A DNA stretch of 64,000 nucleotides, taken from the NCBI GenBank assembly GCA_964491605.1, contig CAZBGY010000003.1, positions 24,678 through 88,677 on the forward strand, written 5' to 3'. This document shows, in pieces, positions 41,921 to 52,037 of the stretch; position 1 is the first letter of the stretch, and every line of letters begins with the position of its first letter. A program made the position numbers and the translations under genes. The notes beneath the pieces were generated by a model that did no database searches, was not told where the DNA came from, and worked only from the letters and a program-made list of their open reading frames with translations. Origin of the DNA: an uncultured Candidatus Bathyarchaeia archaeon (GTDB taxonomy: Archaea > Thermoproteota > CALKCG01 > B24 > DRYS01).

Positions 41921-42811
41921 GTGGATCGTATACGTATATCTACACCTACAGGTCTCTGTAGAGCTTTAAGATCGATAGTATCTACGAATCCATCGACTAT
42001 AATCATATGCGATATCGCCTTAGATACAGGCCATATAGGCGAACTTATAGATCTAATAAGAGGTCTACCACCTGGATGCTCGGTATGCTATATCGATCAT
42101 CATCCACCACCGTCAGGATTCCCCCCATCAGATCTAGATAGATTAGAGTATAGGTATAGATCAGGTGTATCAGCGTCCCAACTTGTATATGAAGCGTTAG
42201 GTGAACCCGATGATAGGATCTCTAAGATGCTTATGGTGTACGGTGCGATAGGCGATATGTGCGATGACTCCCAGCTAGTCAGGGAAATATTGAGTCTATG
42301 GGATAGACGTCTCATATACCTTGAAGCAGGATTCATAGTTGAAGGATTGATATCTAGAAGAGATCAGGCTTTCATCGATAAACTCATAGATAGGCTAGCA
42401 CAGGGGAATCCTCCTAGCAGTATACCTGAATTAGTATCGAGCTGTCTTAAAACCTTAAGCGACGAGTATAAGGTCTACAAGTATGTCGAAGAGAACGTCA
42501 CGGTTAAGGGTAGGATAGCTATCGTATCGAAAATACCTATAAGCGGTTTCGGAGGTAAAGCTGCAAACTACGCTCTAGCATGCACTAAAGCCGATGTAGC
42601 TATAGCAGTAACCGTGAATAAAGGTATAGCTCACATAAGTTTGAGGAGTAGGAATCCTATGATAGATCTAAACGATCTAGCACGTAGATTATCCACAGCT
42701 CTAGGAGGCTATGGCGGGGGGCATCCACAATCCGCTGCGATGCGAATACCGGCTTCCAGGATGGAGGAGTTATTGATGTTCATGGAAATAGCTCTATCCG
42801 GTATAAGCTGA
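41921..42811 (+). CDS. DHH/DHHA1 phosphoesterase (NrnA-like)
   Basis: DHH motif region (YIDHHPPP) and C-terminal GGGH DHHA1 motif. Confidence 0.65.
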   Translation: MDRIRISTPTGLCRALRSIVSTNPSTIIICDIALDTGHIGELIDLIRGLPPGCSVCYIDHHPPPSGFPPSDLDRLEYRYRSGVSASQLVYEALGEPDDRISKMLMVYGAIGDMCDDSQLVREILSLWDRRLIYLEAGFIVEGLISRRDQAFIDKLIDRLAQGNPPSSIPELVSSCLKTLSDEYKVYKYVEENVTVKGRIAIVSKIPISGFGGKAANYALACTKADVAIAVTVNKGIAHISLRSRNPMIDLNDLARRLSTALGGYGGGHPQSAAMRIPASRMEELLMFMEIALSGIS

Positions 42812-42885
42812 TGATATCATAAACCTTTAAGCTAAACGTTAATATGTAAGTGTATCGTGAGCATCCTATGGCGGTGAACTACTAG

Positions 42886-43983
42886 ATGAAGATAACTATA
42901 TCCGTTATAAAAGCCGATGTAGGATCCCTAGCTGGGCACCATATAGTCTATCAAGAGCAGATAGAGCTTGCTAAGAAGATTTTAGAGAAAGCTAAGGATG
43001 ACGGTTTGCTGATAGACTACTACGTATTCAACGCCGGCGATGATCTAGAACTTGTAATGACCCATACTAAAGGTGAATCTAGCCCTGAGATCCACGGCCT
43101 AGCTTGGAATGTATTCAAGGAAGTGACGGAGAAGGTTTCACGTCCTAGAAAACTGTATGCCGCAGGCCAGGATCTACTAAGCGAGGCATTCTCAGGTAAC
43201 GTTAGGGGTATGGGGCCTGGAGTAGCCGAGATGGAGATAGAGGAGAGGAGGAGTGAACCTATAATAGTCTTCGCCGCTGATAAGACTGAGCCTGGAGCAT
43301 GGAATCTACCTCTATACAGAATATTTGCCGATCCATGGAACACAGCTGGGTTAATCATAGATCCAGCCTTACATCAGGGTTTCGTCTTCAGGGTTATGGA
43401 TGTAATCGAAGGTAAGACGATAGACCTGAAGACACCTGAAGAAGCATACGATCTACTAGCTTTGATAGGTACTACAGGGAGGTATATCATAGAGAGAGTA
43501 TATAGAGCTGATGGATTACTAGCAGCTGTAGCTAGCGTGACAAGACTAAGCTTGATAGCAGGTAGATATGTAGGTAAGGATGACCCTGTATGCATAGTCA
43601 GATGTCAGCATGGCTTACCAGCTGTCGGAGAAGCTTTAGCCCCATTCTTCACACCACACTTCGTAGCAGGCTGGATGAGGGGGTCACACTACGGACCGCT
43701 AATGCCTGTAGGCTTAAAGGATAGTAGATGCTCATTCTTCGACGGACCACCCAGAGTGGTAGCACTAGGATTCCAGCTAGCTGAAGGTAGGCTAATAGGA
43801 CCTGCCGATCTCTTCGAAGATGTAGCATTCGACCATTCACGTAGAATAGCTCTACAGATGGCTGAACTTATAAGAAGGAATGGACCTATAGCACCGGCTA
43901 TACTAGGACCGGAAGAACTCGAGTATACAGGTATAAAGGAGACTCTACAGCGCCTAGCATCTAGATTCAAATCTGAGAAGTAA
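42886..43983 (+). CDS. fbp: Fructose-1,6-bisphosphate aldolase/phosphatase (class V FBPase)
   Basis: MKITISVIKADVGSLAGHH N-terminus, characteristic of the archaeal bifunctional FBPA/P; 365 aa. Confidence 0.9.
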   Translation: MKITISVIKADVGSLAGHHIVYQEQIELAKKILEKAKDDGLLIDYYVFNAGDDLELVMTHTKGESSPEIHGLAWNVFKEVTEKVSRPRKLYAAGQDLLSEAFSGNVRGMGPGVAEMEIEERRSEPIIVFAADKTEPGAWNLPLYRIFADPWNTAGLIIDPALHQGFVFRVMDVIEGKTIDLKTPEEAYDLLALIGTTGRYIIERVYRADGLLAAVASVTRLSLIAGRYVGKDDPVCIVRCQHGLPAVGEALAPFFTPHFVAGWMRGSHYGPLMPVGLKDSRCSFFDGPPRVVALGFQLAEGRLIGPADLFEDVAFDHSRRIALQMAELIRRNGPIAPAILGPEELEYTGIKETLQRLASRFKSEK

Positions 43984-44155
43984 CTAAATATACATATTCA
44001 CGTCAATATAGTCCAACCTATATTTTTCCCCTATGGATACAGCCATTACATCTAACTACACTTCTCTGTAGTTATCACACTAAAAGCGTTTCCAACAGAC
44101 TTAAATCTAAAACCTAGATGAAACATTAGAATCGCCGGTCGATAGGCGATACCCC

Positions 44156-44425
44156 GTTACATCTCCATCGCGATCCTGTAGAGATATAGCGGTGGAGACG
44201 TAACAGTGGACAGCCTCCTCCCCCCGGAGGGGGAGATCTACCGGGGGGATCTCCCCCTGGGAGACTGCCCACTGTTATGCCTCCGCTACTATATCTCTAC
44301 AGGATCAAGGTGGAGATGTAGCCTTCAGGAACCCCTAGGTCCCCCGCCTAGGAGTTCCTGAAGGTAGGGGATGCTTACAATTAACCGTAGGCTCCGAAAC
44401 CGGAGCTGAAGGTTAGTTGTAAGTC
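44156..44425. repeat. Compound palindromic element: about 54-bp imperfect inverted arms (44156-44209 / 44269-44322) around GC-rich hairpins, followed by two further long hairpins (44322-44364, 44373-44425)
   Basis: The reverse complement of 44269-44322 matches 44156-44209 at most positions. The centre is CTCCCCC-CGGA-GGGGGAG and GGGGGGATCTCCCCC. The second hairpin is CCTTCAGGAACCCCTAGG...CCTAGGAGTTCCTGAAGG. The third is GCTTACAATTAACC...GGTTAGTTGTAAGTC. Confidence 0.6.
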
Positions 44426-44498
44426 ATGGAGGAAACTCCTATCGCCTGACAAACGGCGTCTACCTTCTAAGTAAATCGATGCGGATCTGAAGGATATT

Positions 44499-44762
44499 CT
44501 AGATGGATCTTAGTTCCTGTTGGCCTCTACCCGTGAGCTTCCACATGGATGGCCTCTCAGATATTCTTACAATTATACCATCCTGCTCCATCTTCCTAAG
44601 CTGTTTTAACGTTGCTGAGTAAGATCTACCCACCGCTCTAGCTATAGTACTTGTATCGATTAACCCTTCCTTCAAAGCCTTCACTATAAGGCTGCGTGTT
44701 TCAAGCCCCTTCTTTACGTTTCTAACGGTAGCTAGGTAAGATCTCGCTTCATATCCATCCAT
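44499..44762 (-). CDS. Small winged-helix DNA-binding protein (MarR/TrmB-like)
   Basis: 87 aa; a predicted HTH (TSTIARAVGRSYSATLKQLRKMEQDGII) followed by a wing. Confidence 0.45.
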   Translation of the reverse strand: MDGYEARSYLATVRNVKKGLETRSLIVKALKEGLIDTSTIARAVGRSYSATLKQLRKMEQDGIIVRISERPSMWKLTGRGQQELRSI

Positions 44763-44857
44763 CTAGATCTACTTAACCTCCGATAGTATGAATGTTTATT
44801 CCGGTATCTTAACGTTTATCTCTAGCTTTAGGTATCTATCAATCGTGGTTTCGGTTT

Positions 44858-45880
44858 ATGTCTAGGAGGATACTTGATGGTGATGTTATCTATAGTAGGG
44901 ATGGATTCATATTCTATGTATTCGGCTACGAACACCCGCCAGATAGAGCTATAGCATTCCTTAAGTATATCCCAAAAGAATACTCTGATAAGCTTAATCT
45001 GGAGTATCTAAAGTACGAATGGGTGTTTAAGGGAAGGAGGTATGTTAGACCTGCTTCGCTCTATACGGCTAGCAACTATCAACGTATAATAGAATTCTTC
45101 GAAAACTATTACCCAGACTATGTATACGATTGCCATGTAAACGGTAGAAAGCTTATAGCAGTCCCTAAAGATTTAATCGAGGAAATCTACTATCCGGATG
45201 AGGGGCTACGTAAGATTCTAGGTATCAGCTCGCTTCCACCCATATACAAGGTTTCGGTGGAGCTTATCGAACTTATCTCGAGAACATCCGGTATCGGCTT
45301 AGAAAATTTCGGTTTACATGGATCGCTCCTTCTAGGTATGGAGTCTGAGAAGCCCGATATAGATATAGCCGTCTACGGATGGCAGAACTACCGTACGATT
45401 AAACAGACTCTCATGGAGTTGGAAGCGAAGGGCTATCTAAAGATCCTCTACGAAACTCCTACAGATTATAGAAGGAGGAATAGATGTATCTTCAGGAACT
45501 ATAGAGCTGTCTTCAACGCTATACGTAAACCTTGGGAAGTTCACGATATATACGGATCCGTGATACGTAAATCGGTTAAGCATGTAAGATTTAGGACAAT
45601 AGTTAGAAACGCTTCTGAATCGATATTCCGTCCAGCCATATACATAATACAGGGATACACGCCTTTAGATGAATCCTCACGCATAGATAAGGAGGATATT
45701 CCGTGGCTTCTAGTATCGATGGTAGGAGATTATAGGGATGTGATCGAGGAGGGCTCTGTGATAGAGGTCGCAGGTCTACTTGAAAGAGAGTATCTACCAG
45801 ATGGCAGGCCGTATAGGACTAGGGTTATTGTAGGTTCGGGTTTAAGAGATGACGAATATATAAGTGTAGTGAAGGAGTAA
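44858..45880 (+). CDS. Nucleotidyltransferase-fold protein, paralogue A (unknown family)
   Basis: Pol-beta-type motif [24 protein letters not shown] in the middle of the protein; conserved N-terminal domain G-x-I-F-x-V-x-GY-x-HPPD shared with the next gene. Confidence 0.45.
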   Translation: MSRRILDGDVIYSRDGFIFYVFGYEHPPDRAIAFLKYIPKEYSDKLNLEYLKYEWVFKGRRYVRPASLYTASNYQRIIEFFENYYPDYVYDCHVNGRKLIAVPKDLIEEIYYPDEGLRKILGISSLPPIYKVSVELIELISRTSGIGLENFGLHGSLLLGMESEKPDIDIAVYGWQNYRTIKQTLMELEAKGYLKILYETPTDYRRRNRCIFRNYRAVFNAIRKPWEVHDIYGSVIRKSVKHVRFRTIVRNASESIFRPAIYIIQGYTPLDESSRIDKEDIPWLLVSMVGDYRDVIEEGSVIEVAGLLEREYLPDGRPYRTRVIVGSGLRDDEYISVVKE

Positions 45881-45885
45881 ATCGT

Positions 45886-46956
45886 ATGTCTACGAGGCTT
45901 AGAGATAGAGATTATATCGTCGGAGCCGAGGGTATAATCTTCAGGGTTTTAGGCTACTTCCACCCTCCAGATGGCTATATATGCGAGCCGGAGTATGCAC
46001 CTAAAAGGATATTCACATCCGAAAATCCTAGAGCACTTAGAGGCTACCCTGAAATATCATACTTCAAATTCTATGGAGATGAAGGGTTAAGATTCGTAGA
46101 GGAGAATTATCCGTCGTATCGTCTATACGTTAAACCTCTTAAAACATACCTCGTAGGCGTTCCCAATAATCTTATCGCAGCTGTTAGGAAACCGCAGGAT
46201 AGGCTAGCTAAGATCATAGAGGAAAGCTACAGAGATAAGCTTCTAGAGGATACCCTCGATATCGTGGAGATCGTATGCGAAAATGCAGAGCTCAACCTCT
46301 CTAGTCTAGGCGTTTTCGGATCGATTCTACATGAATTTTATAACCCATTCCTATCGGATATAGATTTAGTAGTTTATGGGTCGAAGAATACTATTAAGCT
46401 TATGGAATGCTTATCCGAGCTGTACAGTGGAAGAGACAGTCCTCTTAGGAACGAATATGATTTCCCTGTGGAGAAAGCTAGATGGATCTTTAGAAACTAT
46501 AGCTTTAAGGAATACATCTTTCATGAAAGAAGGAAGATGATATACGCTAAGTATTGGGATGGGAGTAGATGGGTTAAAGTCGAGTTCGAACCTGTTAGGG
46601 ATTATGACGAATACCATAACGAATACATGGATGTAAATTCGATAGAGAAGATCGGATGGGTTAAACTCGAATCTATCATTGTAGATGATAGTGGGGTATA
46701 CTTTATGCCAGCTACATACGGGGTTGAAGTAACGAAGCTTATATCAGGTCCTAAGGAGGCTTTAGAGGCTTCTAAGATAATATCCTATATCGATGAATTC
46801 AGGATTCAAGCCTGGAGGGATGAAGAAGTCTACGTGGAGGGGATGCTTGAAAGAGTCGTTAGGAATGATGAAGTGGAATATCAGGTTTCCATAACATACT
46901 GCGATAGGTATGGAGACCAGGTTCTTAAGCTTAAGAAGATACCAGGTAGATTATAA
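45886..46956 (+). CDS. Nucleotidyltransferase-fold protein, paralogue B (unknown family)
   Basis: LGVFGSILHEFYNPFLSDIDLVVYG motif; N-terminus MSTRLRDRDYIVGAEGIIFRVLGYFHPPDG aligns with paralogue A; shared IFRNY and G(L/M)LER motifs; 5 nt intergenic gap. Confidence 0.45.
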   Translation: MSTRLRDRDYIVGAEGIIFRVLGYFHPPDGYICEPEYAPKRIFTSENPRALRGYPEISYFKFYGDEGLRFVEENYPSYRLYVKPLKTYLVGVPNNLIAAVRKPQDRLAKIIEESYRDKLLEDTLDIVEIVCENAELNLSSLGVFGSILHEFYNPFLSDIDLVVYGSKNTIKLMECLSELYSGRDSPLRNEYDFPVEKARWIFRNYSFKEYIFHERRKMIYAKYWDGSRWVKVEFEPVRDYDEYHNEYMDVNSIEKIGWVKLESIIVDDSGVYFMPATYGVEVTKLISGPKEALEASKIISYIDEFRIQAWRDEEVYVEGMLERVVRNDEVEYQVSITYCDRYGDQVLKLKKIPGRL

Positions 46957-46993
46957 GCCATACATTTTTTAGTATCCTCTACACGAGGGTTAA

Positions 46994-47680
<687 letters not shown>

Positions 47681-47713
47681 ATCGGTCAACCCGGTAGGCA
47701 TATGATACTATCC

Positions 47714-48388
47714 CTACGGTACTATCATCGTTCCTCTAACGTTTTTCCCTTCCAACGCATACCCGACTATATCTGGGTTTAAACCGTTAACGATCATGCA
47801 TTTGATAGGTTTAAGCCTGAATAGTCTGGGGAAGAATCTATCCACGCATACCTCTTTAAGCTTCTCCAACTCCGAAACGCTTACGATAGGCATAAACTCT
47901 GCTTCAGGATGGATCCTAGGATCCATTCTGTAAACCCCATCCACATCCTTCACCAGTATAAGTTCCTCGATATCCCAATCCTGAGCTAACTTTAAAGATA
48001 TCGAATCCGATGTCACATCCCAACTTTCAGGTAAATCCCTTAACTCCTTCAACCCGTATACCTCTAATATGGGAGTATAACCATCTACCCATAATCTCTG
48101 CGCTTCACTTAAACTCGAAGCCACCCTACCGTTAGGTATAAGGTACGCTAGGAGTAGACCATAGATATCCATAGATTTTACAGCCATCCAATGGGATATA
48201 CGGTTCGATAAATCGAGAAGCCTATCTATATACCTAACGGAATCTGCGAATATACCTCCACCTGGAATTACTAGGAAGGATCTAACCCTACGATTCGATA
48301 GAAGCCTACATAGCTCTACGAGTTTACTTGGATACCTCAATAAGCTGCCGCCCAGCTTAATTATACACTCTATAGCTCCGGATCCCAA
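47714..48388 (-). CDS. Amino-acid-kinase-family protein (COG2054-like archaeal kinase)
   Basis: IKLGGSLL N-terminal motif; about 224 aa; overlaps the next gene. Confidence 0.5.
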   Translation of the reverse strand: MGSGAIECIIKLGGSLLRYPSKLVELCRLLSNRRVRSFLVIPGGGIFADSVRYIDRLLDLSNRISHWMAVKSMDIYGLLLAYLIPNGRVASSLSEAQRLWVDGYTPILEVYGLKELRDLPESWDVTSDSISLKLAQDWDIEELILVKDVDGVYRMDPRIHPEAEFMPIVSVSELEKLKEVCVDRFFPRLFRLKPIKCMIVNGLNPDIVGYALEGKNVRGTMIVP

Positions 48389-49455
48389 TATATCCTCCTA
48401 CCCTCTAAATACGAGGCTGCAAGGAAAGCTAAACCTACAGCCGGAGTCATTATAGCTACATCTCTACGAGTGATACTACTAAGTCTAACAACTGGTCTCA
48501 ACCCCGCCTTCACAGCAGCTTCAGCGGCTAGGAAATCTTCACCTAAACCTGTGGCGATACACGGTATATCTTCGACACCGTAATGTTCCCTCATCCTCTC
48601 AGCCTTCCTCTTCAAGCTTGAAGCTATAGCTTCAAGCTGCTTCTCATAGAAGTATCTAGCTATAGACATTATATCCTCCATATCGAGGGTTTTAGTATCT
48701 GCACACACAGTTCTTGCGATACGGCTGGCAGCTTCCTCCTTGGATAAACCCCTACCATCGGGAGTATCGCACGTATAGTCTTCGATCGATATAAAGCCTA
48801 ACAACAGATATACATCACCCGTTTGAGCGAAGTATTCGCTGCTAATGTTAATCCATCGATCCTTGAGACTTATCCTGGAAGCAATAGTTGCTAGATTCGT
48901 CCTTAAAGCACCTGTATAGACGAGTTCGTATAGTTGTAGCTTCTCTAAATCTGTGAAACCTTCAGCTTTAACTTCACCCATCGCCACCGGTACTATGCTC
49001 GTCGTGGTACTACCTACATCCACTAGTATACATAGATCGAAGAACTGTGACGCAAACCATCCTGATGCATACCAATTCGAAGCTGCCACCTTGTACGGAT
49101 CCTCTAAGGCGTCATCCATACTTAGCAATCTACCGCTACAATCTAGAACCCTAATATCTACATCTCTGAAAATTTCGAGTACAGCATGACATATAGCGGC
49201 CACACCTTCATCCTTAGATCTGAATATGTCGGATAGCTCCCCGGTCATAGTTAGAGCAACCATATCAGGCTCCCCCCAATTCTGTAGAGTCTCTAGAGAA
49301 AGGATCTTCAATGTAGATGGAAGCTCCGAAAGCCTCTTCCAGAGCGGTAGGTAACGTATACCAGTCGATAGGCTTACAGCTCTCCCCCTGTGAACGTTTA
49401 AAGCTGCGATCTTAGTATTCGCTCCACCTACGTCGATACCTATAGTTAGGGTCAA
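48370..49455 (-). CDS. Hydantoinase/ASKHA-like protein (COG1548-type, methanopterin-pathway associated)
   Basis: N-terminal IGIDVGGANTK ASKHA phosphate-1 motif, and a second DVGSTTT motif. Confidence 0.5.
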   Translation of the reverse strand: MTLTIGIDVGGANTKIAALNVHRGRAVSLSTGIRYLPLWKRLSELPSTLKILSLETLQNWGEPDMVALTMTGELSDIFRSKDEGVAAICHAVLEIFRDVDIRVLDCSGRLLSMDDALEDPYKVAASNWYASGWFASQFFDLCILVDVGSTTTSIVPVAMGEVKAEGFTDLEKLQLYELVYTGALRTNLATIASRISLKDRWINISSEYFAQTGDVYLLLGFISIEDYTCDTPDGRGLSKEEAASRIARTVCADTKTLDMEDIMSIARYFYEKQLEAIASSLKRKAERMREHYGVEDIPCIATGLGEDFLAAEAAVKAGLRPVVRLSSITRRDVAIMTPAVGLAFLAASYLEGRRIYWDPEL

Positions 49456-50600
49456 TCTAGCTTACCCCTTATATCTAGGAGATCAACCCAGGCATCTCTT
49501 AAACTATAACCGAAACCTGAGATTAAGCTATAGCCGTCTATAGATGCTATAAGCCTATCATCCATATGTAAGCCTACATCTAATGCAGCCTTCCTAACCT
49601 TTAGGAAAACTGAAAAACCTCTGAATTCATTAAATATATCCATCTCTCGAAGTTTACCATATACAGCCGCCTCTAATACGACTTCAGCTGGATTTCTCCT
49701 GTAGCTTCTACTTAAACCGATATATGAGACAGTTAATCTAGGATTAACCTCGATCACATATACTTCACCGCCAGCTATAACCGTATCGACGCCTACATAA
49801 CCTTTCAACCCATGTAGAAGAACCTCCAGCTTATCGATAAGCTCATCCATATGGATGTAAGGTAATATCAACGGTACATATCCCCCGAAGTAAGATGAAC
49901 CAGTATATGATAGATTTACGAATTGACGGTTAATCGATAAAGGCTTCAACGAGCACCCATTTGATATAAGCGAAAGGCTTGAAGCTAAACCCTTCACATA
50001 TTCTTGAACAATCCATAATCTATCGCGATGTCTAAGAAGTTTCTCAGCCTCACCACGATCCCTTACTACACGTAAACCGCTACACCCAGCTTCCAACCTA
50101 GGTTTAACTATCAGAGGGTAACCGAGCTTATCCAGATCTTCTAAAGTAACCTCATCTAAATCGATCGATCTAGGAGTTTTCACACCCATTCTCGAAAGTT
50201 CATAGTAGAGATCTAGCTTATCGATAATTCTATCCAGCGTATCGATACACCCATTAGCTATTATCGACGATCCGTATTCATCCTCTATTCTATGGAGTAT
50301 GGAGGATAGGAAGCCGTTTGTCTCAGGCGCTATAACGTAAACCTTATCGAAATCCAGTTCACCTATCCAGTACAGTATATTCTCTATACATGAATCCTTA
50401 AGGTAGATCTTACGGCATGGTAGTATGGAGTCGGGTAGATTGACTACAAGCTTTCTATCCACAACAGTATATAGATCGACCCAACTAAGCTTAGATACAT
50501 CTACAGAAAATCTCCTAAGCATAGAGAAGCCTTCGATTAGAATCGAGGGTGGGGCATCGATTAAACCAGCCGTTAATGCTTCTACTAAGAGAAGCTTCAA
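49452..50600 (-). CDS. ATP-grasp ligase (COG1821-type)
   Basis: GYPLIVKPRLEAGCSGLRVV ATP-grasp core and IEVNPR motif. Confidence 0.5.
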   Translation of the reverse strand: MKLLLVEALTAGLIDAPPSILIEGFSMLRRFSVDVSKLSWVDLYTVVDRKLVVNLPDSILPCRKIYLKDSCIENILYWIGELDFDKVYVIAPETNGFLSSILHRIEDEYGSSIIANGCIDTLDRIIDKLDLYYELSRMGVKTPRSIDLDEVTLEDLDKLGYPLIVKPRLEAGCSGLRVVRDRGEAEKLLRHRDRLWIVQEYVKGLASSLSLISNGCSLKPLSINRQFVNLSYTGSSYFGGYVPLILPYIHMDELIDKLEVLLHGLKGYVGVDTVIAGGEVYVIEVNPRLTVSYIGLSRSYRRNPAEVVLEAAVYGKLREMDIFNEFRGFSVFLKVRKAALDVGLHMDDRLIASIDGYSLISGFGYSLRDAWVDLLDIRGKLD

Positions 50601-50702
50601 CGCATACCACCAATCCTGGAGTCTAGTTTCGATCGATATTATCGAATCTAGTAGATAGATTAAACGTTTATATGACCTTATAGAACCCGTTCAATTTAAG
50701 GT

Positions 50703-51434
50703 TTGATAGTTATACCTGTGATAGACGTTATGAACGGCTTAGCGGTTCATGCTGTTAGAGGTGAGCGGAAAGCGTATAAACCGTTAGAGAGCATCTTATC
50801 CAAATCCACGGATCCGGTGGAGGTAGCATCGATATTCTCGAGTATAGGATTTAACCATATCTATGTAGCAGATCTAGATGCTATAATTCATAGGATGCCT
50901 TCATGGAGTTTATACTCGAAGTTGAAATCCGTAGTCAGATATCTCATGCTCGATAACGGTGCTAGATCATATAGAGATTGCATGAAGCTTTTAGATCTAG
51001 GTATAGATTACGCTGTGATCGGAACCGAGACGTTCGAATCTATGAGTGAGCTTAAGAACCTCTTAGAAGCTTATGCTGATAAGGTTATCATAAGTGTTGA
51101 TCTTATGCATAACCAGATACTTTCACCTATACAATCTGTGAGAATATTGCGTGTAGATGAATACCTGAGAATCCTACACGGATTCGGTCTTCGTTCAGCT
51201 ATAATACTAGAACTCTCGAGAGTAGGATCCGGTTTAGGTATCGATACTGATATGATGAATATGATAGGTAGATTAACGCCGCTGGTCGATAAGCTCTATG
51301 TAGGGGGAGGCGTTAGATCTATCGAAGATATAGAGGTATTGAAGGAGATCGGTGTCTACGGTGTTCTCATAGCTACAGCTCTGCATAAAGGATGGGTAGC
51401 GATAGAAGGTCTAAGAAGTAAAGGATATCTCTAA
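50703..51434 (+). CDS. HisA/HisF-like TIM-barrel protein (COG1411-type)
   Basis: IIPVIDV...G..V N-terminus; YVADLDA and GGGVRS phosphate-binding motifs. Confidence 0.55.
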   Translation: MIVIPVIDVMNGLAVHAVRGERKAYKPLESILSKSTDPVEVASIFSSIGFNHIYVADLDAIIHRMPSWSLYSKLKSVVRYLMLDNGARSYRDCMKLLDLGIDYAVIGTETFESMSELKNLLEAYADKVIISVDLMHNQILSPIQSVRILRVDEYLRILHGFGLRSAIILELSRVGSGLGIDTDMMNMIGRLTPLVDKLYVGGGVRSIEDIEVLKEIGVYGVLIATALHKGWVAIEGLRSKGYL

Positions 51435-51655
51435 GCTTCTACGAGAGTCTCCGTACTCCTCACACCTTCTATACGGTTTATCTCAGCCGAAATCCTGGCA
51501 ACTTCCTCGTTACTCTTAGCTTCTATGAAGCATACTACATCAAAACGTCCGTAGACCGGGTAGCATTTAACAACGCCATCGATACTCTTTAAGGCATCCA
51601 ACACCTTAGCTAACCTTATAGGTACGACTTTCATCAATATGCAAGCTTTAACCAT
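51431..51655 (-). CDS. Stand-alone Lrp/AsnC ligand-binding (RAM) domain protein
   Basis: 74 aa; V...D.V..V..YGRFDVV..IEA pattern. Confidence 0.5.
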   Translation of the reverse strand: MVKACILMKVVPIRLAKVLDALKSIDGVVKCYPVYGRFDVVCFIEAKSNEEVARISAEINRIEGVRSTETLVEA

Positions 51656-51893
51656 GGACTTCCACCCCTTTCATCTCAATAAGAGTCTCCGTAAATACTA
51701 CGGAGCCAAGCCTCCCGATCCTTCTAACGATCCTAGTAAGCTCCTCTATATCGGAAGCCTCTACATCAGCTACTACATCCCAGCGTCCGAGTACTGGAAA
51801 TACATTCTTAACCTGCGGTATCTTACTCAGAGATTCCACGACATCTATGTATCTACCGGTTGAGCTTCTTATGAGAATGCATGCAGATATCAA
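51648..51893 (-). CDS. Stand-alone Lrp/AsnC ligand-binding (RAM) domain protein (paralogue)
   Basis: 81 aa; VFPVLGRWDVVADVEA; overlaps its paralogue by 8 nt. Confidence 0.5.
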   Translation of the reverse strand: MISACILIRSSTGRYIDVVESLSKIPQVKNVFPVLGRWDVVADVEASDIEELTRIVRRIGRLGSVVFTETLIEMKGVEVHG

Positions 51894-52037
51894 GGTCTAC
51901 GACACCATTATATTTCTGGTAAGCTATATACACATAAATATTCCGGTCTACGACAGGTTTACCGAGTATAGATTCCTGAAAGAAACGTTTAATAGAGGTA
52001 TCTAATGGTAAATGATTCTCTACAGGAAACGTAGGCT

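Noticed and set aside
44156-44425. Triple-hairpin element considered as SRP (7S) RNA or RNase P RNA
   Set aside because: None of the conserved SRP helix-8/helix-6 motifs or RNase P CR-I/CR-IV-like sequences are recognisable. The architecture is three consecutive near-perfect hairpins rather than a long terminal helix with branched domains.
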